Of a stretch of DNA of 27,614 nt, positions 7,183-14,824 are shown one piece after another. Made by a program: the position numbers and the translations under genes. The stretch covers positions 1-27,614 of IMG/VR virus record IMGVR_UViG_3300025673_000014; one strand, 5' to 3'. Each line of letters begins with the position of its first letter. Position 1 is the stretch's first letter. Source of the DNA: a virus (lineage: Duplodnaviria; Caudoviricetes). The notes below the pieces were generated by a model. It was not told the DNA's origin. It saw only the letters and a list, made by a program, of their open reading frames with translations, and made no database searches.

Positions 7183-8742
7183 ATGGAAGAGCAGTCAATC
7201 GCTGCGTCCGTTGCAAATAGGTATCAACAACTAGAGACTTACAGAACATCGTTCTTACAGAGGGCAAGGGATGGGGCATTAGTCACCATTCCTTCTCTCT
7301 TCCCTCCTGAGGGTTCATCAGGATTCACCACGTTTCCCACACCCTTCCAGAGCATCGGAGCAAGGGGTCTTAATCATCTCAGCAGTAAGCTACTTGTAGC
7401 CTTGCTACCCCCCAATGCACCTTTCTTTAGACTGACTCTTGATGACGCTACCTTAGCAGAATTAGGACAAGATGATTTAGCGAGAGGCGAAGTAGAAGAG
7501 GGGTTGGCTAAGATTGAAAGAGTAGTAATGCAGGAGATTGAAACTTCAGCATTAAGAGTTCCTTTCTTTGAAACACTCAAGCAGTTAGTGTTAGCAGGGA
7601 ACGCATTAATCTACATGCCCAAAAAGGGTGGCATTAGAATCTTCTCCCTGGACCGCTATGTGGTTAAGAGAGATGCGTCAGGAAATATTCTTGAGATTAT
7701 AACCAAGGAATCCGTAAGCCCTCTTATGTTGCCTAAGGCAGCCCAAGAGTTGCTAGGTGAAGTAAGCGATAATAATAAGTCACTAGACTTGTATACCTAT
7801 GTCAAACGAGACACAGGCAAGTGGACAGTTGTCCAAGAAATCAAAGGTCAACCCATACCGGGTTCACAGGGTACATACCCCTTAGACAAGAACCCCTTTA
7901 TCCCACTACGGTTCAACCGCATTGACGGTGAAGATTACGGGCGAGGGTTCATCGAAGAGTATATCGGTGACCTACAATCCCTAGAGTCTTTATCCAAATC
8001 AATCGTTGAAGGAAGTGCGGCTTCAGCCAAAGTCCTATTTATGGTATCTCCTAACGGTACTACCAAAGCTAGAACACTTGCACAAGCACCTAATGGAGCG
8101 ATAGTACAAGGTTCAGCACAGGACGTATCTACGTTAAGAGTTGAGAAACACAACGACTTTAGAGTTGCCCTTGATGCAGCAGGTAAGATTGAAGAACGTA
8201 TGGCGTATGCCTTTATGCTCAACACCGCAATCCAGAGAAACGGAGAGCGAGTAACAGCAGAAGAAATACGGTATATGGCACAGGAACTTGAGGGTGGGTT
8301 AGGTGGGCTTTACTCCATCCTTTCACAAGAGTTCCAACTACCTTTAATTAGTCTATTGCTACAGAAGTTAGAGAAGACGGGCAAGCTACCTAAGCTACCC
8401 AAAGACACTCTAAAACCTCAAATCACTACAGGTATGGAAGCGTTGGGAAGGGGTCACGACCTCAATAAACTATCCCAATTCCTACAGGGTCTACAACCCT
8501 TAGGACCTGAAGTAATCCAATCAGAACTAAATGTCTCAGACTACATTGACAGGTTAGGGGCATCACTAGGATTGGATACCAAAGGATTAGTTAAGACTCC
8601 CGAAGAGAAACAGGCTATAGCGCAACAGCAACAAAGCGCACAACAAGCACAATTTGAACAGCAACGAGAACTCTCTGCTACCCCTCATGTCGCTAAGGAA
8701 GCGGCAGGTGCAGTAAGAGAAAAGCTAAATAACCAAGGATGA
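7183..8742 (+). CDS. Portal (head-to-tail connector), T7 gp8-like
   Basis: TPFQSIGARGLNHLSSKLLVALLP, GEDYGRGFIEEYIGDL, ERVTAEEIRYMAQELE, TGMEALGRGHDL; 519 aa. Confidence 0.97.
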   Translation: MEEQSIAASVANRYQQLETYRTSFLQRARDGALVTIPSLFPPEGSSGFTTFPTPFQSIGARGLNHLSSKLLVALLPPNAPFFRLTLDDATLAELGQDDLARGEVEEGLAKIERVVMQEIETSALRVPFFETLKQLVLAGNALIYMPKKGGIRIFSLDRYVVKRDASGNILEIITKESVSPLMLPKAAQELLGEVSDNNKSLDLYTYVKRDTGKWTVVQEIKGQPIPGSQGTYPLDKNPFIPLRFNRIDGEDYGRGFIEEYIGDLQSLESLSKSIVEGSAASAKVLFMVSPNGTTKARTLAQAPNGAIVQGSAQDVSTLRVEKHNDFRVALDAAGKIEERMAYAFMLNTAIQRNGERVTAEEIRYMAQELEGGLGGLYSILSQEFQLPLISLLLQKLEKTGKLPKLPKDTLKPQITTGMEALGRGHDLNKLSQFLQGLQPLGPEVIQSELNVSDYIDRLGASLGLDTKGLVKTPEEKQAIAQQQQSAQQAQFEQQRELSATPHVAKEAAGAVREKLNNQG

Positions 8743-8745
8743 TGA

Positions 8746-9540
8746 ATGGCAGACCTAAATGAACTCAATACTCATGCGGAAGAACCTACGGAAGACCAAG
8801 ACTATATTGACAAGATGGTTGCAAAAGCGGATGGCAATGCGCTCCCCCCAGAAACTCAAGAGGTTGAGGAGGAGCAGGGAGAGGAGACTCCTGAGGATAA
8901 CTCTGATAATCAAGAGGAAACACCTGATTGGTTGCCCGATAAATTCAAATCACCAGAGGAACTTGCCAAGGCTTATTCAGAACTGGAAAAGAAACTAGGT
9001 GAAGAAAAACCCGAAGAGACAGAGGAAGGCACTAGCGAACCCTCTGCCCCAATGGATTATGAGAAGTTACAAGAAGAGTTCATTGAAAAGGGAAGCCTTT
9101 CGGAGAACAGTTACGAAGCGTTAGAAAAGATGGGCATCCCAAAACATATCGTGGATGCACATATCGAAGGGCAGCAAGCCGTTTCAGCAGGTATTGAAAA
9201 TACAGTCTTCTCCCAAGTTGGAGGTAAAGACCAGTATGTTCAGATGATGGAATGGGCAACCGAAAACCTTTCAGAAGCAGACCAAGGACTATACAACGAT
9301 AGCATCAATACCAATGACCTCGACCAAGCACTCTATGCTGTCAAGGGACTCCATGCACGTTACGCATCGGAGGTTGGTACTGAACCCACATTAGTACAAG
9401 GGGATTCATCCCCATCCAGTACAGGTGCTTACGCATCTGCCGCAGAAGTTAAGAGAGACATGTCAGACAGACGCTATTCAACTGACCCTGCCTTCAGGGA
9501 GAAAGTTGCACGAAAACTAGCAAAGTCTAACGTCTTCTAA
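8746..9540 (+). CDS. Capsid scaffolding protein, T7 gp9-like
   Basis: Highly acidic; WLPDKFKSPEELAKAYSELEKKLG, VGGKDQYVQMMEWA, DRRYSTDPAFR. Lies between portal and capsid. Confidence 0.94.
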   Translation: MADLNELNTHAEEPTEDQDYIDKMVAKADGNALPPETQEVEEEQGEETPEDNSDNQEETPDWLPDKFKSPEELAKAYSELEKKLGEEKPEETEEGTSEPSAPMDYEKLQEEFIEKGSLSENSYEALEKMGIPKHIVDAHIEGQQAVSAGIENTVFSQVGGKDQYVQMMEWATENLSEADQGLYNDSINTNDLDQALYAVKGLHARYASEVGTEPTLVQGDSSPSSTGAYASAAEVKRDMSDRRYSTDPAFREKVARKLAKSNVF

Positions 9541-9573
9541 ACAGACGCACACCGCACACAAATCTACCGAGTA

Positions 9574-9608
9574 TCTCTGACCCAATCACGATTGGATAAT
9601 CACAGGGA
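9574..9608 (+). promoter_or_regulatory. Stem-loop element in the capsid gene leader
   Basis: CCAAT-CACG-ATTGG hairpin (9582-9595), extendable by TGA/TCA or TCTCTG/CAGGGA pairing, in the 127-nt scaffold-capsid gap. Function is inferred only. Confidence 0.5.
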
Positions 9609-9667
9609 AAGAAGACCACAAGTGCAAAACATACACTTTATCAATACTTTACAGGTAGAAAAATTCA

Positions 9668-10690
9668 ATGGCATTACCACATCAAGCCCCTAGTAGATTA
9701 GGGCAACTAAACGCAGCAGGCGATAACAGAGAACTGTTCTTAAAGTTATATGCAGGCGAAATCTTAACAGCGTTTGAAGAGCGCAATATCTTCTTACCAC
9801 TACACCGCACTCGTACCATCAGCAATGGTAAGTCGGCTAGTTTCCCAATGGTCGGTACGGCAACTGCCAAGTACCATACACCGGGTACAATGATTGAAGC
9901 TGACCAAGTTAAACATGGTGAGCGAGTAGTTACCGTTGATGACTTGTTAATCAGCACACAGTTCATCTCAAACATTGATGAAGCAATGAACCATTACGAT
10001 GTTCGTTCTATTTATTCTCGAGAAGCAGGTATGGCACTTGCTAACCAGATGGATAAGAACATCTCAAGAATTATCGCTAAGTCAGCATCCATCACAACTA
10101 AAGCCCTTGCTACATCAGCAGGTCTTGCAGGTGTAATTGATGATGAAACTTACACATCTAACGTAACCATTGGTACAACAGCAGCACACGCTACTGACGG
10201 TACTAAGATTGCAGCGTCTATCTACGCAGCGTTGGCTGAGTTCGATAAGAAAGACGTAACTGGCGATAAGGTTTGTGTATTACCACCAGACCAATACTAC
10301 TCATTGTTCAACGTGGAAGCAGGTGTTAACACATTAGCTTACATGAACAAAGATGTAGGTGGCTCAGGTTCATTCTCTTCAGGTCAAGTTCCTGTAATTG
10401 GTGGTGTTAAGATTCTTATGTCGAATCACATCCCACAGGTCAATGAGACAACTGGAACAGGTGACCCAGAACCAATCACTTCAACCAGAACAGCAGCATA
10501 CCGCTCTGACTACAGTAAGCTAAGAGGTCTAATCTTCTCAGCGGATGCAGCAGCAACCGTTAAGTTGTTGGACTTGGGTGTTGAGTCTGAATACCAGATT
10601 GAACGTCAGGGTACATTAATGGTAGCTAAGTACGCATGTGGACACAACATCCTCAAGCCTGCTTGTGCCATAGCCTTGAACAAAGTATAA
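9668..10690 (+). CDS. Major capsid protein, T7 gp10-like
   Basis: LFLKLYAGEILTAF, RTISNGKSASFP, IDEAMNHYDVRSIYS, VAKYACGHNILKP; 340 aa; double TAA stop. Confidence 0.97.
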   Translation: MALPHQAPSRLGQLNAAGDNRELFLKLYAGEILTAFEERNIFLPLHRTRTISNGKSASFPMVGTATAKYHTPGTMIEADQVKHGERVVTVDDLLISTQFISNIDEAMNHYDVRSIYSREAGMALANQMDKNISRIIAKSASITTKALATSAGLAGVIDDETYTSNVTIGTTAAHATDGTKIAASIYAALAEFDKKDVTGDKVCVLPPDQYYSLFNVEAGVNTLAYMNKDVGGSGSFSSGQVPVIGGVKILMSNHIPQVNETTGTGDPEPITSTRTAAYRSDYSKLRGLIFSADAAATVKLLDLGVESEYQIERQGTLMVAKYACGHNILKPACAIALNKV

Positions 10691-10739
10691 TAAGAACCGT
10701 TAGGGGTTAGTCTCCCTGACAAAGTTAGTAAGTTAAGAG

Positions 10740-10775
10740 AAAGCCCCCTTGATTAATTTCTTGGGGGCTTTTTTT
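10740..10775 (+). terminator. Rho-independent terminator after capsid gene (T-phi position)
   Basis: AAAGCCCCC...GGGGGCTTT stem followed by a T7 run, between the capsid and tail tube A genes. Confidence 0.9.
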
Positions 10776-10793
10776 ATGTCACAAGGAAACGCT

Positions 10794-11378
10794 ATGCTAC
10801 CAACCAGTAAACTGGAAGCTGTAAACGAAATGCTTTCTTGTGTGGGTGAAGCACCTGTTAACCGATTAAGGTCAGGCAATGTGCAAGCAGAGATAGCAGA
10901 GAACATTCTGGAGTCCACATTAAGGACTCTACAGGTTAGCGGATGGAATTTTAATACCGATAATAAGGTCACAATTCAACCAGATTCCGCAGGTCACTTA
11001 AGACTACCTGCTAATACATTAAAAGCAGACGCAACAAATACCACAACCGATAACGGATGGGTTATGCGTAACGCTAAGATGTATAACAAGACCACCAACA
11101 CATACATCACAGAACAAACATTAGAAGTAGATTTAGTTCTACTCCTACCTTTTGAGGAACTACCTGAAGCTGCAAGACAATATGCAACCTTACGAGCAGG
11201 TAGGTTACTTCAAGACAGAACAATGGGCGTAGGTCATCTACACCAATTCAATATGCAAGACGAGCATAATGCCCTAGTAGAACTCAGGGATATGGACGCA
11301 GCAGTCAACGATTTTACAATATTCGATTCATTCGACACTTACCAAATCATTAATAGAACAGGGGGCAGAGTAAGATAA
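10794..11378 (+). CDS. Tail tubular protein A, T7 gp11-like
   Basis: SKLEAVNEMLSCVGEAPV, GWNFNT, FEELPEAARQYA. Start placed at ATG 10794 (AAGGA SD); the track's 10749 start lies inside the terminator. Confidence 0.93.
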   Translation: MLPTSKLEAVNEMLSCVGEAPVNRLRSGNVQAEIAENILESTLRTLQVSGWNFNTDNKVTIQPDSAGHLRLPANTLKADATNTTTDNGWVMRNAKMYNKTTNTYITEQTLEVDLVLLLPFEELPEAARQYATLRAGRLLQDRTMGVGHLHQFNMQDEHNALVELRDMDAAVNDFTIFDSFDTYQIINRTGGRVR

Positions 11379-13786
11379 TGACATTTGTATCTAGTTCTAT
11401 TCCCAATCTAATCAATGGGATTTCACAGCAACCCTCCGCATACAGATTAGTTAGTCAGGCTAATGAGCAAATCAACGGGGTATCCTCTGCGATAAAGGGT
11501 TTATATAAACGACCCCCTACTCAGCACATAGCTAACCTAACATGGTTCACAGGAGACATAGAGAATAGCCTGATTGAAGTTCTTGATTATGGGTCAGACG
11601 GATACTTCATGTTGTCTCTTAATGATTCAATCTCTATAGCTAATGGGGCAGGCACGGAGGTGGGTTTAACCTCTATTATGGACGGTAATTATGACCCCCT
11701 AAGTTACCTCAATGGTATCACCAACCCTAAAGAAGAATTAACCACAACCACCATCGGTGACCATACCTATATCATCAATCGGAACAAGGTGGTTGCCAAG
11801 AGTACAGACCTGACACCCACTAGACCCCAAGAGGGTTTGGTGTTTATAAAGCATGGGGATTACTCAACAGAATACAAGATAACGATAACTGTAGCAGGTA
11901 CTCCTTATGTAGTTACCTACACCACCAGAGACAGTTCACATAAAGACCATGAACCCGATATAGCAACCAAGAGTATTGCCGAGGAAATAGTTGGTAGTTC
12001 AACAATGAAGTTGGTTCTTACAGGGTCATCACCCATAGTAGCATCTTACACAAATGATGGTGTAGGTCGGGGGTTATTAAAGACAGGGTTCTTACCTAGC
12101 GGTATAACGGTAGAACTAAAGGATAACTACATCCACATAACCTCTACAATAGACTTTGAGTTAGATGCTTCAGATGACCGAGGTGACTCCCATATCATAG
12201 GGGTCAAAGGTCAGATAAATGACTTCAAGAGATTACCCAATAATGGACCACTAGGTTTCAAGGTTAAAGTAATTGGGGATAATGAGAAGAACCAAGATGA
12301 TTACTATGTACAGTTGGAAGACCCAGATGGTCATGGTGACCCTGTGTGGAAAGAAACTACCGGGGATGGTATAGAATACAAGCTAGACCCCCACACGATG
12401 CCCCATGTTCTAATTAAGAACCCTGATGATACATTCGTATTTCAAGTCAAGGATTGGGATGAACGTAAGGTAGGAGATGAGGATACAAACCCCTTTCCTT
12501 CCTTTGTAGGTCAACCCCTTAACGACTTATTCTTCTACAGGAATAGGATGGGTTTTCTATCTTTAGAGAATGTCATACTATCCGAGGTTGGTGAGTTCTG
12601 GAACTTCTTCCATGCGTCAACCTTAATCCTCTCAGATGCCGCACCAATAGATGTAGCTGTATCGACAAATAAACGTAACAACTTGAAGTACGCAGTTCCG
12701 TTTGCTGATGAGTTGATGTTGTTTTCTGATAATACCCAGTTCACATTAACAAGTGGTCAGGTGTTAGCACACGACACAGTATCCATTAATGTCTCTACTA
12801 ACTTTGAAGCAGACCTTAAGTGTAAACCTGAGTCCGTAGCAACATTCGTATTCTTTGCGACAACAAGAGGAGAGTACGGTGGCGTAAGGGAATACTTTGT
12901 ATCGGATAATAGTTCAGATACCAAAGATGCTGATGATATAACAAGTCACATACCCTCCTATATTAAAGGTTCGATAAGGGAGTTGTCTGCGTCCTCAACC
13001 GAGGATATGTTAGTGGCACTTTCTACCGAGGAAAGAAGTAAGGTACAGGTATATAACTACTTCTGGGATGGTACAGATAAGAAACAATCTGCATGGCACA
13101 CTTGGGATATGGGTGCTGATGTACTTAAGGCAGCATGGATAAACTCAGACCTCTGGTTAATCATGAACAGGGATGGGCAACCAACCCTAGAGTTGATGAG
13201 ATTCCAAGCGGATGATGAAGCAGGCAACATGGGTTATGGCGAGGGTCTACTATTAGACCGCAGGGTTCATCTAGATGCCGAGGATTATGTAGTTCCCTAC
13301 ACCTCAGGTAACCTAGTGTTCTATAACACCACAGGTAAGTATGTTGGTAGTAATCTTACCCAAGCCAATATATCCGACTACTTCACTGGTGGTAATTTTG
13401 ATTTGTATGTAGGTGAACCATATACATTCAGTTACCAGTTCTCTGAGTTCCTGTATCGGGTTGAGAATAGACCTACTAATACGGATGCCCTTAAGTTAAA
13501 GGACATAGCTATTAAGTATGACAAGTCAGCAACATTCTCAGTCTCAGTGAAGCCCAATGAGGATAAAGGGTTAGCTACAAGAGATACTTATATTAATACC
13601 CTCAACCCACTCATTAGTTCGTCAAGTAACCTACTCAATAACATCTCTATAGACTCAGGTGATTTTAAAACTGGTATATGGGGTCGTGCTGAAGATGTAC
13701 TAATAGAAATCGTAAATTCAACCCCCTACCCAAGTAAATTTCAAAGTGCTGAGTGGAGGGCAACAATCAATAAACACGCAAGGTAA
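11378..13786 (+). CDS. Tail tubular protein B, T7 gp12-like
   Basis: SIPNLINGISQQP, GLYKRPP, TMPHVL, GDEDTNPFPSFVG, FFYRNRMGFLS, QSAWHTW; 802 aa; TAATG-coupled to gp11. Confidence 0.96.
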   Translation: MTFVSSSIPNLINGISQQPSAYRLVSQANEQINGVSSAIKGLYKRPPTQHIANLTWFTGDIENSLIEVLDYGSDGYFMLSLNDSISIANGAGTEVGLTSIMDGNYDPLSYLNGITNPKEELTTTTIGDHTYIINRNKVVAKSTDLTPTRPQEGLVFIKHGDYSTEYKITITVAGTPYVVTYTTRDSSHKDHEPDIATKSIAEEIVGSSTMKLVLTGSSPIVASYTNDGVGRGLLKTGFLPSGITVELKDNYIHITSTIDFELDASDDRGDSHIIGVKGQINDFKRLPNNGPLGFKVKVIGDNEKNQDDYYVQLEDPDGHGDPVWKETTGDGIEYKLDPHTMPHVLIKNPDDTFVFQVKDWDERKVGDEDTNPFPSFVGQPLNDLFFYRNRMGFLSLENVILSEVGEFWNFFHASTLILSDAAPIDVAVSTNKRNNLKYAVPFADELMLFSDNTQFTLTSGQVLAHDTVSINVSTNFEADLKCKPESVATFVFFATTRGEYGGVREYFVSDNSSDTKDADDITSHIPSYIKGSIRELSASSTEDMLVALSTEERSKVQVYNYFWDGTDKKQSAWHTWDMGADVLKAAWINSDLWLIMNRDGQPTLELMRFQADDEAGNMGYGEGLLLDRRVHLDAEDYVVPYTSGNLVFYNTTGKYVGSNLTQANISDYFTGGNFDLYVGEPYTFSYQFSEFLYRVENRPTNTDALKLKDIAIKYDKSATFSVSVKPNEDKGLATRDTYINTLNPLISSSSNLLNNISIDSGDFKTGIWGRAEDVLIEIVNSTPYPSKFQSAEWRATINKHAR

Positions 13787-13788
13787 GT

Positions 13789-14253
13789 ATGGATACAGTT
13801 AAGGCGTATAGACGAAAATCAAGGAAGAAAGATTGTAAGGAATTAGCCAAGGTCATGAGGGCTAACGATAGATTGGAGGTCATGGCAAGTCACGGGCATA
13901 CGCCTTATGAAGCATTACTGAACGCTTACGCACTAAGCGACTCATGTTACACATGGGTCTATAAGGGGAACGTAGTGGCTATGTGTGGGGTATCTCCCGT
14001 TGATGACCAAGTGGGTTCACCTTGGTTACTGGGTTCTGATGAATTAGTTGAGACACCCATAATAACGTATGCACTCTTAAGGGAGTCATTGAGGTGGGTT
14101 AAACGACACCAGAATAAGTACCCCATGCTAGTCAACTATGTCCATGCGGATAATGCTCCCTCTCTTAAGTGGCTCAAACATTTGGGCTTCACTTTTATAC
14201 GAAAGGTTGAGTTCAGCAAGGAACCTTTTTACGAATTTATAAGGATAAAATAA
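13789..14253 (+). CDS. T7 gp13-like protein (acetyltransferase-like fold)
   Basis: MRANDRLEV, PWLLGSD, LVNYVHADN...KWLKHLGFTF; synteny after gp12. Confidence 0.88.
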   Translation: MDTVKAYRRKSRKKDCKELAKVMRANDRLEVMASHGHTPYEALLNAYALSDSCYTWVYKGNVVAMCGVSPVDDQVGSPWLLGSDELVETPIITYALLRESLRWVKRHQNKYPMLVNYVHADNAPSLKWLKHLGFTFIRKVEFSKEPFYEFIRIK

Positions 14254-14254
14254 T

Positions 14255-14824
14255 ATGTGTCCACCGATTCCTATAGGAGTCGCTGTAGCAATTTCAGTAG
14301 CGACTACCGTTGCATCCGGGGTGATGTCAGCAGTACAACAAAACAGCGCAGCAAAAGCACGTTATGCAGGCAAAGTGCAGGCACAACGAGTAGCAACAGA
14401 ACAAGCAAGAGCAGATAGAGATGCGAATCAACAACAGTTAATAGCACAACGGACTGCTGCTGAGAGGGAGTTCTCTGCCAACCAAATGGAATCTACTCTT
14501 GCCGCAGAATCCCTAAGGGGTAAAGCCCTCGCCCAAAACTCTACAACAAATGTATCTTCCGCAGTATTCGACCAGTTTGACAGACAGACGTACATGCAAG
14601 AACAGCAAAACCAAACAAGTAACATCTGGAATTTACAGCAGAATGCACGGAATCTTCAAGCATCGTCAGAAAGCACTTGGAGAAAAGAAGAAGCCAGAAT
14701 ATGGAAGAACCGTGCAGGCGCACCACCTGCTAATACAATGGGGATGGACTTAGCCATTACAGCTATGAAAGGTGCATCCGCAGGTCTTAGTACCTATGGT
14801 GCGGCAGGGGGATTTAAGCAATGA
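14255..14824 (+). CDS. Internal virion (ejection) protein, gp14-like
   Basis: MCPP start with a hydrophobic N-terminal helix, Gln/Ala-rich coiled coil, 189 aa, gp14 position. Confidence 0.78.
   Translation: MCPPIPIGVAVAISVATTVASGVMSAVQQNSAAKARYAGKVQAQRVATEQARADRDANQQQLIAQRTAAEREFSANQMESTLAAESLRGKALAQNSTTNVSSAVFDQFDRQTYMQEQQNQTSNIWNLQQNARNLQASSESTWRKEEARIWKNRAGAPPANTMGMDLAITAMKGASAGLSTYGAAGGFKQ

Noticed and set aside
10660-10700. T7 gp10B-type capsid frameshift extension
   Set aside because: No convincing slippery sequence near the 3' end, a double TAA stop, and no extended alternative frame before the terminator.
9541-10793. tRNA gene, CRISPR array or sigma70 promoter in the two intergenic gaps
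   Set aside because: No cloverleaf or repeat-spacer pattern. The TCTGAC...GATAAT pair near 9576-9600 has only about 13-nt spacing, too short for sigma70.
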